DNA of 64,000 nucleotides from a virus: positions 29,236 to 93,235 of IMG/VR virus record IMGVR_UViG_3300030002_000003; one strand, written 5' to 3'. The notes beneath the pieces are model-generated. The model was not told the DNA's origin, did no database searches, and worked only from the letters and a program-made list of their open reading frames with translations. Both the position numbers and the translations under genes were made by a program. Below are positions 15,301 to 23,327 of the stretch, in pieces; position 1 is the stretch's first letter; every line of letters starts with the position of its first letter.

Positions 15301-16923
15301 ACTGAGAACCAAGGGTTAGATATGCAGGCTACTCAAATAACTGGAACTAGGGTAAATAAAATATATAATGCACCTCAAGTTCCTTCACCAGCAATCACTT
15401 CCAACGGTAAGGCTAGACCACTCTTCTTTGTAGATGATCTTGCTAGACCAGTAGGTATAATGAGAGGTGGTGGTAATATGTTTAGTCCATTTGTTAAAGT
15501 ATCTTACGATAATGGTACTTCTGTACCTGATGTAACCCTATTTGAATTAGTAGGCGTAGTTAGAAAAGGAGATGAAGGATTTGGGACTACTAAGCCAGTA
15601 TATGCAGCTATAAATAAATCCAGTGAGAAAGTCGCTGGTAAATCAGTAGTTGAATTTGGCCTAGAGAAATCAATAATACCTGCCAATAAGGTGATGGCTT
15701 ACGGTTCTATAAATAAGTCCGTGTTCGAAAGTAAAGATACTTTACTTCCTCATATACCAAATTTGTTTAATAGATATAATGAAGCGTATCAAAATGCAAG
15801 ATTATCTATAGAGCAAATGGATAGAACTTATAATTTATTTAGCACATTTCGGCCAATTACATCATTTGAATCATTTGAGAAACGTGATGCAGCGGCTAAA
15901 GAAGTTACCGATACTGTAGGTGATTTGTACGATAAAGTAATAAACTATGCTAACATAGCTAAGTCTACTGGTGATTTTGATGCCTACCAAATGTTATCTG
16001 ATATACAATCTGATGATAATGGTTATTCTGAATCACAAATAGCAGCAGCTCTGTATTTATATGCAGACACTCTAAAGTCGCTATTTAATGAGAATGCATC
16101 AGAAACAGAGTTTAAGGCCGTAGATAGCATATATGATAAATTAGGCGCTAAGACCGAAAGCAAAAATGTAAGAATAGTTAAATGGGCTGATCTAAAAGAT
16201 GCTACAGAACCGTATATACGAGTTGGAGGACATGTAGTAAATGTAATATCAACAAGAATAAAAAACTCTGATGAACATTTTGGAAATCCATTTAGTCCTG
16301 ACGCTAGAATACTTGCTAATAATAAAGATTTAATAAAAGCCGACAGTACTAAAGACGCGGTTGAGAAGTATATTGACTGGATTATTTACGGAGGCGGTGC
16401 GTTTCTAGAAGAAGGCACTGGGCATCCAACAGAGCTTAGTGAAAGGGTTGATGAACTTAAATCAAGAAGAGGCTGGATTTTGTCTAAGCTGAAGACAGGC
16501 GAATTTAAAGATAAACCAATCTTATATTACACAGAACTTGGAGAGCCATCTCATGCAACTGCATTAGATTACTTAATCAATAGATATTCATTTAAAGATG
16601 ATTTAATCAACTCTGAAGAATCTAATGATCAAATCACTAATTCCAATGAGATAGTGTCTAAAAACGCACTTAAAGCTCGTGTAGAGGAATACACCAACAA
16701 ACATATGGATGAGAATAAGGCGTATTCTGAATATTTTAACGACTACAAGGAAATTCCAATATCTGAAGGATGGACTGAAGATAAAATAGCATTATCTGAA
16801 AATTCAATAGAAGCTATAAATGGCGGACTTGAATCTATAGGATTACCTAGAATATCTCAAGAGGATTATAACAATATGTCACAAGAAGAATTAGATAAAC
16901 TAAAAGCCTGTTATGGCATATAA
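3355..16923 (+). CDS. Giant virion-packaged DNA-dependent RNA polymerase (4522 aa)
   Basis: GSDFDIDKL catalytic DxDxD motif (DFDID at 13336-13350) preceded by YRVPTQG; zincin-like HEAFH at 8821-8835; Pro/Glu-rich linker at about 6600-7030; C-terminal GNPF...SHATAL segment. Confidence 0.9.
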   Translation: MKRPKIDKRIITPGAMADYAKREASWSGMLMSAGDLSVGNYKKVAPEAPEVDTEAQDKEIARKVDVAVAEKLKAAEAGKVDTNLIPKEDKATEAPTNPLEQKQWEVNQNNWFEAYKNKLGPKSYPLTTGPSETPLFDSMKEGAKNTINFVNTGLNQIFDFPATLSDIGSHAVKFAAKSANEIDQFGKANYFSDSWKATANGFDDSHISKAAGEQVEVLGQARDGIETMSDVIKTDPTMQEALLAYNEWSKRPDKMDDGNGMPVWDQVQSDLRPAFDKHYSTIKKYIEARDKFSPNMFNTGESFEKTAHKAGLLDGIGNFVDQLGNSITGVDENNSLAGNVSRSGSGASNAEAYPKGFTPYMQPDGKPVPNYALPSTEELFGKGPGYDMRATNGYLNAMNKINLQDMKTEEDVAWHMRQKKARGDASNAFLVKQNQNDNILFSMPSQVGISSGDVTTQFASTGLSMALGAASGVSKNPFIKGAITAVNFGSNLALNAYQRKHENWMELDDNHRTKVNEYLAKNGGGDSNMLYNQSDDKILKPLLTDGAGGDEVNKARQELKENGALSTETRAIIERGILSRRIKTSDKVTNDALANGDVKLKEYMKQNDAFMWTDVAESMIMSIPFGSGATKAIELAAKPEASAAAKFAAKTIEMAEGKYTKTIGKIMQHGAMIVPKIAAAHTVDALGEAFEESGQYVNGQNYIKNHMNEYDSYIGSLIEGTNSGISGIKMILGENVDKNYYDKDQLEMNAKAGFYMGLIMPLPFTAFHTATEIRENSRENRAKSYIDGGIGAQIDSESRITKANFYVNAATKGMGDAVENHIENLSANNKDPYKKRQFQDEAKFAKEVLSVADSPQVTKFAKNNGKYGSEDHKLLTSLIVDHSAAYEDAVKKVDESNSILDKSSKTDFESDFTFQSAFNQINSRREDGSEAIIPKNVQQELHSLMAEKQATEVLINFKELSDAHDIDRKDKTVNSPQNKQFKSDLKSRLMSINNRINSFADVMSIPKEEFNDLPMAKSSNESKTALSTGIAAQEGSRYDSDVVNALSGYESKRNSNGEQSFKKMSDAKHTATVLDYLDKYRAARQSEDETEDNLQSREAEKASKDDSKTVLEENGIPHPGTHEEPATELEMAPAEEPLTTVTSSVEPTEETKPVSTEAPQVQEEPIKEVLPEEDVETSSKETPESSDVTPEPAPEVQEEPLAPTEPKGEQSVEAEEKATKETISTEKQAGRNTFAYASRMFYGVTANAVAPKSINGQRVKSHEELGKLLATNDFLVDTEIEFTMQDKNPNIGGFIPGHRTTYDQAAIIAVINKKSGPMKGYYVAMVTDPSANTATVRSMQEIIALSNFRRGIIESIASNETLPSDKKVKVVASVVKVNDGEIKTLLVDGQSVIHEQRNIADVPGFGLPMKDGKVVWSEVSSETIGLHLGKGDRGDRAIMDADQHVVSYVKDESNSGNAFISVTTPVRKDKREIKVNQKQIKRETQEVIDLIYDLVINKAASDAERIYTSHKGKQLDTGVSAFSLLDKLINFGEKTIVQESRTEEERKYLLPKQFYISSDSAARFIVYGEDSMTLDQAKTESGAKIIKDFIVGGMHWNLEKNHLSIEGTPVRVNQLFPQLDYLFNETNLGIDKVEFAKGFTITKEDVNSLTWAAWMLKNGKITTDAIDGIFGNPYLHVESYDVVPKNSISTPVSSDGGLRGLGASESVVNNSINDSVQPDKSFVTEPTVEREISPDSYDELPSFDDLMNFDLEGAPKEVNGPVTKEMNSDIESAWLMDKLGLNEDEIDIRDEIIKLAHDRRAMGLMAESSIVLWNKGEAGTAYHEAFHRVSLLLLNQSERNRIYSLARNSNSELTNATEKQIEEHLAELFREQMLSPTHVSDVLGIRKFFRKIANTTRRFLGMTPRTINRLFKDIQLGAYSDVKVDRSSLNRFKEAYTEGAEYGIKELKLRNIGTYSELFAIRDSLVYAMFQLNNVAAIGDISDLDMGTLKSWIKKVSADKSNESRSALFTEIDERFEDIFKPKINQFLAAMDIKEVDEDNRTESDSNQIADEAADHSKASYEISKADNTRASVKMFIATMPNSEMIDGKPTVSLEPLTGIPTFVPFVPSWNKMISELSDMSTVPMMIEKIDRLSKVDPFYKLLLGRLNKVDAKTGKMMLTDQFITQFWGSLFSMRHQFINIGYREIAESKDDIRNLFVIRDSDVERATRELPTLWGQSFAENPSLFPTDENGDKSFNKEYAQSIKDRYLTGLLSQTKPSKDKTKQIDLNVEENRNAVLDEIVDLYNMVGIAIDRDTLNYMLQGKKGTASEMVAELTKYLTDTKSGSMSILFNNVMSSLIKNNGELLKSAKNRKSEIRREVKEIFLNEKFAERLAVAQSKSHKSYVEATVIGADGAKLYQVSQNNIISDTVRELNTNPELVNNLINTTYVGGFVNANGVSTGSRVLRQLKDGTSKGIDLKTFVKLTEEGARDKGRDYLSISDAEDYVMKMSALANDYMTIPTMADKKTYMFVSGVELIHQPIVYSRFIKQGADGKNVADITIDFPSEAKNQLSQYMRAEFMSIKNAWQEFKTGQDLIKVYHYKSNRDGSISHGNGLRFRYFGNISAAVLLGADVINKDISLNSYLDIAEDTGNKQAFDDVLDNIERLMLNDYEVMNSVINASLMSALKKEVAYAGSIGVIEYNGTIGSIKNKLLDRGSISRKSAEMDSLLSSYDPVSGNKISNYGEQAAILDALSENLVNEIISVIEFEKLFSKDPAFYKDTDAKIKRLSSMLSTGTNLRTEWPIGHNLQGVTTFTSAEAADNIVGSREYDKVLNRFKANEINELIVAHGKLYVYDLHDLIENHSLPAESRDQAKEDRLQMLQKSFKEEFIAGSKIAEKNSAGYGLNGIDETDATVYITPKMWRNMQEMLGDWNPDMQEAFDLLESKEQSWVNNDEQYNKVAKLAMAPMKMIYFGSKVDSERGLDIPKLDKMAMFPLFKFMANGDLSHLYDTMNSKTKPIDMVAFQTAVKVGNIEASKIYTDASNTEMADLSNMVTDTQEYKYLRKQLVTDAHHQSEMSLGTQPAKAAMSNIIGDRVYQNIILDGKKGATGNRILEAWRATNVALSDRGVVDMEKELGFVKNADTGVYEFNEQKLIDLFSADAERSKMPDDVVAKLKSNTKENPVSLQALQDWKWIQSRVTSMIGKNVIDIKTPGGMFIQMTAFGLRDDGTSKAKGIGQSNYKGSYKINNGNRLRFLNDDGSMDAVVSINLFKDVIPADIKKLSFTKQVDWLISNGIIGNDSAPSSIGYRVPTQGLSSMSALKIVDVLPANIEDTIILPTEFTKLTGSDFDIDKLYIARYNFKTDSEGAIRKVEFDDSRIGKNGEDAYHSNSTTALQNRLLDLFMGILTDPSNAHETRMPLDTVTDELKGKGGILEDIDKLSNASRSTYPFEHVTPAYQSRKKAEYAGGKGGIGPMALANAHHVLTQVAKLEFFDRGPIKKFGMKDLGLVYGKDGKRILDWLSAMINAFVDIAKDPYIIRLNMNPFTYSTAELLLRTGLGKDTFYYLSQPILKDVAAAVLLTKGRYGSIKTLSAYEREQIAINEVKQTYINAAVDAARKEGGPVNEKIAKLNAIETNLDDFGRKILANEHIFGHDFLVSQISGDRNSFDWNYNQIMMMETFEELAPFSKALAELVKYSQVDGKKWGNTLISMSMYNDNVNELIAKGKSGVFRNLPEFYSKTFLGAKLKNAITMSNSIGNSMFFRTTPIMYNFLKKAGALTGSRKLLSSETVESIADATDSLIKSEFFINRANKQGVEIKDLFYGADSMARRLYKIKDKIAKADKNSLYLSLKNNVFINHLKPDIATVRYIETKDEAGNVISNRDEYNQRPDHILTDSANNSDPNYVTMLKEYWAELLDSPIEDVNKFANDFILYQFFSNGENGAINQVKLGEDVRTDIGLEKFIKDRMKNIANGELPFEYNEAIRSIFVNRWYDDDLVPYVKLTENQGLDMQATQITGTRVNKIYNAPQVPSPAITSNGKARPLFFVDDLARPVGIMRGGGNMFSPFVKVSYDNGTSVPDVTLFELVGVVRKGDEGFGTTKPVYAAINKSSEKVAGKSVVEFGLEKSIIPANKVMAYGSINKSVFESKDTLLPHIPNLFNRYNEAYQNARLSIEQMDRTYNLFSTFRPITSFESFEKRDAAAKEVTDTVGDLYDKVINYANIAKSTGDFDAYQMLSDIQSDDNGYSESQIAAALYLYADTLKSLFNENASETEFKAVDSIYDKLGAKTESKNVRIVKWADLKDATEPYIRVGGHVVNVISTRIKNSDEHFGNPFSPDARILANNKDLIKADSTKDAVEKYIDWIIYGGGAFLEEGTGHPTELSERVDELKSRRGWILSKLKTGEFKDKPILYYTELGEPSHATALDYLINRYSFKDDLINSEESNDQITNSNEIVSKNALKARVEEYTNKHMDENKAYSEYFNDYKEIPISEGWTEDKIALSENSIEAINGGLESIGLPRISQEDYNNMSQEELDKLKACYGI

Positions 16924-16928
16924 TAAAT

Positions 16929-19900
16929 ATGAAACACTGTATTAATCTTAAAAGTCCTGATTTTCAGGCATTAGCAAAAGGATCTAACATGCATCCAGCT
17001 GTATTAGCAGCAAAAATGGGTATATGGCAAGATGAAAATAATACGAGTGAATGGCCTACTCTAGATCAACTAACGTCGGAATCTTCCGAATTAGTAAAGG
17101 ATGGAGTAGATTTTGTATTTAGCCAAAATCCAGAGCTGTTAAATATTGGAAGTAAGCAGCTATATTCTCAATACGTAAATAATATATTTCCAGAAAGTGA
17201 AGTTAAATATATTGCTTATCATGGAACTAATAGTGAATTTGATAAATTTAGTTTAGAATTTGAGGGATCTAATGAAAAAGGTGGTAGAGGAAAAGGATTG
17301 AACTTTTCAAAAGATTTGTCTGATAGCGACATGTATGGAGACATTAAGATGCCAGTCGTATTGAATGCTGTAAATAGAGTTCAAAAAGATTCAGAGGCAA
17401 AAGATATTGATTTATCATACATTGATGATGTAGATGAAATTGTTTTATATAATCCAGATCAAATTCACATACTTGGATCTAAATCCGATATCGATGGATT
17501 TCGAAATTTTATAGAAGAGAATAAGCAAGAAACTGATACTATAAAATTCCAACGCTCAAATGTAGAAGTTCTTCCATTGGCTGGAAATGAAGCTCTGTAT
17601 AAAGACAAAAACCTAGTCAATGATAAAGGAGAAATCAAGTTCTTTGACAATTATGCAGCCGGCAAAAAAGCAGAAGCTTCATTTAATAGAAGCACTGATT
17701 ATCAATTCATACTCAAACCGTCTCAATCTAGAACCAAAGAAGGATGGAGATTATTTATAGTTAAACCTATTGTTGAAAGAGATGGTCAAGCTAGAATACA
17801 GTTTCAATCGCCAAATGATGCTGCAGAATCGTTAAATAACGCTGCTAGTGCGTTCGCTAAGTCTAATACAGACGCTATAATCAACGAGAATGCCCCTAGG
17901 AGCTTCACTACGGCCTCTAAATCTCTTTTTAATGCAATTGATCGTCTCAGAATAAAAGCGTCTAAGATCAGCGGATATCAATCCAAGGCTATCGTCTATT
18001 CTATAGCAAAGAATATATCAGATAGGACTGGCATTGAGTTTTCTGTTATATCTCAAGAAGAAGCTGCTGCTATGCATGCAAATTGGGGAGGATCTCCAGG
18101 AATGTATGACTCAGCAAATAAGAAGGCATATTTAGTAGAGGGTCTATTTGACGCATCTACTGCTGTACATGAGATATTCGGTCACCCATTTCTAGACTCA
18201 TTAAAAGAGACTGATGAGGGCAGACAAATCCTATCCGATTTACTGTCTGAGGCTAAACTCAATAGCCTGGTTATAGAGAGTGCAACGAGTAGATATGGCG
18301 AAGACGTTAGTGATGATGAAATAACACTTGCAGCGCTAGATTTATTTATACAAGAGAAAGTAGCTAGCAATAGTGGCCTATATAATGCCATTAAAGCCTA
18401 TTTTAAGGCGTTTACAGACCTCATTAAAGGGGTTATAGGTAAATCATCCAACGACATAGTTTCAATCAAACCTGGCACATCTATTGAAGCCATAGGTAAT
18501 TGGGCTTGGAATGGAGAAGGACGACTTAAATTAATGGACTCGTATCCTGATGGAATTGTTCCAGGGATAGAGGCTGCAATATTTCCATTCAATGCAGACA
18601 ATCACGATGCTACAGATTATGGAATAGGCCTTAATAATGAATTAATAGGTCACATATTAGTTAGTGATGATGGTCGCATCTCTAGCACTATAGGGCAGGC
18701 GGGCGTAGAGCTTGATAAAGAGTATGTTGGAAAGGGATACGGCCTTTCATCATATTTAGCTGTTGCTAAGGAACTTGCCAGTTCAGGAAAAACATTAAAA
18801 TCCGAGGGTCTTGGAAAATCCAATATAAATGAAGCAGCTAGACGAGTTTGGGCTTCATTGATCAAAAAAGGATATGCGGTGGATAGAGGCGATTATTTTG
18901 AAATAGTAAATCTTGAATCTGAATTTAGATCCATGTTGAATGTAGCTGACTCAATAGCCAATACAAATACAGAGACGGAGTTCAATCTTATGCTTGATAA
19001 TGGAGATGTCGAAGGATTTGTAAATTCTATTGCATTAAATGAACATAACTCAGAATTAGTTAAAGCTTGGATATTTGAAAATGATCCAGCTACCTTATGG
19101 GATTTGGCTCATGGAATGAAATCAGACTTAGTTGGGTTCAATGAGCATATATCCAAGAGTAGTGATATACTATTTCAAAGACCTACGGTAGAAGCTAGAA
19201 TTGAACATGCAAAGGATTTAGCTAAACAGAGAGAGTCTATTATGACTGGATTGCAGTCAAGACTTAGCTCCTTGAAGCGTGATAAGACTGCTACTATTAC
19301 AGAAATAGAGGCTTTAGATGACTTACTATTAGATATAAATAAACTATCCAATTCATCTGCGGTAGTTAGATTCCTCGAATACGCAAATAATGAAGGGTTT
19401 GACGTAAATAGAAGACTTGATGCTATGATGGGTCAGTCTAATAAGGCAGAGGAGATTGATGCTGCTAATGTAGTGTCAATTGGAGAGAACTTCTTATCTA
19501 TGTTTAGAACCAATCTAAAGAAGATAAATGAGTTATTAGTCGATGAAGCTAATTTCATAACAAACTCTATGACTCCAAGAGAAATAGATGATTTGAATAG
19601 ATTAGTCAATGGTACTAATAACGACTTCGATAAGATGGCCGCTAAGTATGATACTATCGTCAAGTATGTATATAGACAAGAGCTAGCTAAGATAGCAAAT
19701 CAAGTTGGTGACTCATCTATGCAGAGTGTTATAGATAATGCATATGAGTCAGATCAAGACGTATCTGTAATGTCATTATTTATTGGCAGCCCCGCTAAGT
19801 CCAGACTAGTTCAAATTAGAGCTCTAGATAGAAAGATACTCGATGCTAAGAATGCAGCAAATTTAGAATTAAGCAGAAGCGGTTATGTTGCTAAATTAGT

Positions 19901-22900
19901 AGCATTAAATAATAAGATAAATAAGTTAAGTCCTGTAAAATCATTCACTCAGTTCTATGAAAAAAACAAGGATGGAAAGTTTACTGGATATATAACTCAC
20001 TTTCTTAAATATGGAGAGTTTAATGCTAATTACGAAGCTAAAATAGAGGAACTTGCTAAAAAGTATAATCTTCCTGGAAAGATGGATAGGCCTACTAATG
20101 ATGCAGAATATATAGCCTACAATAAAGAGCTTAATAAGTTCTTAAATGAACATGTAGCTAGAAAGTTTGTTCCCGAATATTACGACGCTAGAGCTAAGTT
20201 ATCTATAGATACAAATGAATCATTAGATCAAGTAAATAATGCTATAAGTAGAATATCTAGAGATTATTTGGATGCTGATGGACACTTAGATACTTCTAGG
20301 ATGTCAAAATCTGAAAAGTATGCTCTGTGGGACGCTAGAAAGACTAAGGAATATTTATCCAGCGATAGATACGCTAATGGAGATATAAAACTAGAATCTG
20401 ACCTTAAGATAGCAAACGAAATAAAAGCTTTCAATGAATCTATAAGCGGTAACCTAAAATACAAAGCAAATGTAGAAGCGTTCGAGAATGCCAAAAAGAA
20501 TGTTAAATTGAATTTATCTCCTGAGAAGTACTTGCAGTGGATAGAGGATAATACAAAGGTTGAGTATGATGAGAAATTCTATGAGCAATTGGCTAAAATA
20601 GAAAAGGCTGACCAAGCTCCTGAATGGCAAGACCTATATGATAAAAAACAGGCTATCTTAAAACGTTTTAAAAACAAAGATACAATGGGTATCAATGTTG
20701 ATATGATGGAAGAGACTAGACAAGGTGGACGATCAGTTAGATCTATTATAGACGAGATAAATGAAACCTTATCCAATAATAAGAATGAAAATGTAGCTAC
20801 AGATGGAGTTAAATTCTCTAGCTTGGCCAGAATGATAACTACTAGGGAGTATAAGCAGAAATTAGCAGATATGTCTAGTATATCGCCAACTGATACAGCT
20901 GGATGGGCCGCAATGGAGCAATGGTATAAGGATAACCATACCCAAGATAGAATGGGTCACGAGGTTCCTAAATCATACTGGATGATGATAGAGCCGAAAG
21001 ATACTACCCTTATTAAGAAAGGAGTTCCTAATTCAACCTGGACTGTTTTAGATGACGAGTCTAAATTTGTCAATAAAGAGTATGATGATGATTTAGCTAA
21101 GAACGGAATGCAGCCATCTAAGAAGTTATACGACAATTCAAAAGTATATAACAAATTAGTTAGTGATCCAACTAGAAAAGAGTTTCATGATACCTTAGTT
21201 TCTATGATGACTGAGGCTAATTCATTTTACTCTTATATAAATAGGCCAAACAACTTAAAGATGCCTCAAATAGCTGAGCATTCATTACTATCTGCGTTTA
21301 GACGTACTGATAGCGGAAAGAGTTTACTTGAGAGAATAAAATCTATTGGCCAACCTAGAGTTGATGATATCCAGTTTGGTGAAAAACCGAAAGAATATAG
21401 ACCCGATGGTAGTCCAATTAAATACATCCCTACTTCATATAGATCTACATTAGGGAATACAAACTCTATATCAAAGGATATGATTCACATGTATGCTATC
21501 TATTATCAAGAAGCCGCTAACTTTAAACACTTATCTGAAGCTTTGCCAGCAATAAAGATACTTCAGGCAGGTATGGATAATACTGTTATATCAAATAAGG
21601 AATCATTAGCTAATGCAGATAAGCTTGAAAGAGATAATGCTGGAGCTAGATGGAGAAGTCTATCTGATGACGTTAGATCTGCTATCGGCCTTAAAAAGAG
21701 TACTGATAGAGTAATGAAAAAAGCTGGGGAAACTCATCTATCATCTAGAGCTAAAGGAATTATAGAAAGAGAAGTGTATGGAGTAGAGTCTACTAAGATG
21801 ATGGTAGGTATACCTCTAACTGGAATAAAATTTGATATAGGGAAACTAGTAAAAGGTGTATTTCTTCCTTGGTTTAGGGCTGTCAATTTAGGTTTTAATA
21901 CTATGGCAATTGCAGCTAATTATACTCAATCGGAACATGCTTTAATGGTAGAATCTACTATTGGCTCTTTAATCAATAAAACAAATTTGCTTAGAGCTAA
22001 TTGGGAAATAGGGAAAAGAATGCCATATCTATTGGCTACACTGACTTCAGATAGGCATACTGATAAGACTTCTACACTGATGAGATTCTTTCAAACTTCA
22101 AATTCGGAAGTTGAATCAGTAAAGGATATTAACGGAGTAAAAGCTTTAAGTTTTATTAAGGAGCACTGGCTATATGGACCATACTCTGCTGGTGACTTCA
22201 TGGTTAAATCTAAGATGTTAACTGCAATGCTAATGGGATACAAATACCATAATGGAGAATTTGTAAGCTTAGAATCATTTATCAATAAGAATTACCCTGG
22301 AAAGATTAATAGGAAGGAAGCTATTCAACTACACGATGCATTAAAAGTAAATTTATATGATGTTCTATCTTCAACAGATAAAGGAGAGTTAGTCATAAAG
22401 GATGAATACAAAGACGCTTTTAACTATAAGCTAATATCTTCCATTACGCTACAATCAATGGACATGGGTAATAGATTAGATGGTATGCTTGCTCCTTCTG
22501 ATAAGAATGCTATAAATGTTAACGCATTTGCAAGTGCTTTGATGATGCACCGTGGATGGTTAGTAAATGCATTCCAAGAAAGACTTGGAGGTCAGATGTA
22601 TAGCTACAGAAAGGAAAGAATGGAAGTTGGCCAATACAGAACTGGATTTACAGATTCTGCTAAAATTCTATTCGGCTATCTATCTGGAAGGTTTCAAAAA
22701 ACTAATCAAATGATGAACGAAATGGGTCAAGCTGAATATGCAAATGCCGTTAGAACTACTGGTGAAATTGCATCAATGTTTATATTTGCAATGGCTACTG
22801 TTATTCTAGGAAATATGCATGACGAGGAACCTGACGATATGGCATTAGAATTAGCTTATACATTTATGATGAGAGCTCTTTACGAACAAAATGCTATGTA

Positions 22901-23264
22901 TTCTCCTGCTGACTTAAGCAGTATTTTACAAAGTCCTACAGCAGCTCAGAATCAATTAAATGAGATGTCCGATATATACGGCATGTTAATAGATGGAGAC
23001 TATATGAAACCGGTTAGAAGTGGTAAATATAAGGATATGCCTAAAATTGAAAAGTCAATAATAAAGCTTATTCCAGGGTATAAAGGATACTACGAGAATA
23101 TAGAAAAAGCTGACTATAAAACTAAGCGTGACTATATGTTAAAAGCAGAAGGTCCAGCATATGGTATAGTTAACAGAATAAATAAAATGACCCCATTGTT
23201 CGGAGCAAAGCCAGAGATTCCAGTTCAAACTCAGTCGTCGGTAAGTTCAAACTCCTCATACTAG
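16929..23264 (+). CDS. Large polyvalent ejection protein (2111 aa) with ART-like, zincin-like and GNAT-like domains
   Basis: AYHGT...GKGLNFS...EIVLYNPDQI; HEIFGH; EYVGKGYG...AARRVW; long helical remainder; follows the RNAP gene. Confidence 0.75.
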   Translation: MKHCINLKSPDFQALAKGSNMHPAVLAAKMGIWQDENNTSEWPTLDQLTSESSELVKDGVDFVFSQNPELLNIGSKQLYSQYVNNIFPESEVKYIAYHGTNSEFDKFSLEFEGSNEKGGRGKGLNFSKDLSDSDMYGDIKMPVVLNAVNRVQKDSEAKDIDLSYIDDVDEIVLYNPDQIHILGSKSDIDGFRNFIEENKQETDTIKFQRSNVEVLPLAGNEALYKDKNLVNDKGEIKFFDNYAAGKKAEASFNRSTDYQFILKPSQSRTKEGWRLFIVKPIVERDGQARIQFQSPNDAAESLNNAASAFAKSNTDAIINENAPRSFTTASKSLFNAIDRLRIKASKISGYQSKAIVYSIAKNISDRTGIEFSVISQEEAAAMHANWGGSPGMYDSANKKAYLVEGLFDASTAVHEIFGHPFLDSLKETDEGRQILSDLLSEAKLNSLVIESATSRYGEDVSDDEITLAALDLFIQEKVASNSGLYNAIKAYFKAFTDLIKGVIGKSSNDIVSIKPGTSIEAIGNWAWNGEGRLKLMDSYPDGIVPGIEAAIFPFNADNHDATDYGIGLNNELIGHILVSDDGRISSTIGQAGVELDKEYVGKGYGLSSYLAVAKELASSGKTLKSEGLGKSNINEAARRVWASLIKKGYAVDRGDYFEIVNLESEFRSMLNVADSIANTNTETEFNLMLDNGDVEGFVNSIALNEHNSELVKAWIFENDPATLWDLAHGMKSDLVGFNEHISKSSDILFQRPTVEARIEHAKDLAKQRESIMTGLQSRLSSLKRDKTATITEIEALDDLLLDINKLSNSSAVVRFLEYANNEGFDVNRRLDAMMGQSNKAEEIDAANVVSIGENFLSMFRTNLKKINELLVDEANFITNSMTPREIDDLNRLVNGTNNDFDKMAAKYDTIVKYVYRQELAKIANQVGDSSMQSVIDNAYESDQDVSVMSLFIGSPAKSRLVQIRALDRKILDAKNAANLELSRSGYVAKLVALNNKINKLSPVKSFTQFYEKNKDGKFTGYITHFLKYGEFNANYEAKIEELAKKYNLPGKMDRPTNDAEYIAYNKELNKFLNEHVARKFVPEYYDARAKLSIDTNESLDQVNNAISRISRDYLDADGHLDTSRMSKSEKYALWDARKTKEYLSSDRYANGDIKLESDLKIANEIKAFNESISGNLKYKANVEAFENAKKNVKLNLSPEKYLQWIEDNTKVEYDEKFYEQLAKIEKADQAPEWQDLYDKKQAILKRFKNKDTMGINVDMMEETRQGGRSVRSIIDEINETLSNNKNENVATDGVKFSSLARMITTREYKQKLADMSSISPTDTAGWAAMEQWYKDNHTQDRMGHEVPKSYWMMIEPKDTTLIKKGVPNSTWTVLDDESKFVNKEYDDDLAKNGMQPSKKLYDNSKVYNKLVSDPTRKEFHDTLVSMMTEANSFYSYINRPNNLKMPQIAEHSLLSAFRRTDSGKSLLERIKSIGQPRVDDIQFGEKPKEYRPDGSPIKYIPTSYRSTLGNTNSISKDMIHMYAIYYQEAANFKHLSEALPAIKILQAGMDNTVISNKESLANADKLERDNAGARWRSLSDDVRSAIGLKKSTDRVMKKAGETHLSSRAKGIIEREVYGVESTKMMVGIPLTGIKFDIGKLVKGVFLPWFRAVNLGFNTMAIAANYTQSEHALMVESTIGSLINKTNLLRANWEIGKRMPYLLATLTSDRHTDKTSTLMRFFQTSNSEVESVKDINGVKALSFIKEHWLYGPYSAGDFMVKSKMLTAMLMGYKYHNGEFVSLESFINKNYPGKINRKEAIQLHDALKVNLYDVLSSTDKGELVIKDEYKDAFNYKLISSITLQSMDMGNRLDGMLAPSDKNAINVNAFASALMMHRGWLVNAFQERLGGQMYSYRKERMEVGQYRTGFTDSAKILFGYLSGRFQKTNQMMNEMGQAEYANAVRTTGEIASMFIFAMATVILGNMHDEEPDDMALELAYTFMMRALYEQNAMYSPADLSSILQSPTAAQNQLNEMSDIYGMLIDGDYMKPVRSGKYKDMPKIEKSIIKLIPGYKGYYENIEKADYKTKRDYMLKAEGPAYGIVNRINKMTPLFGAKPEIPVQTQSSVSSNSSY

Positions 23265-23327
23265 AAACCGTCGCTATATGTGAAAGTAAACTAGTCAAGC
23301 AAAGAAAAAAATCATAGAAAGCGTACC

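Noticed and set aside
680-22285. Minus-strand ORFs inside the giant virion genes
   Set aside because: Antisense shadows of long, motif-bearing plus-strand genes.
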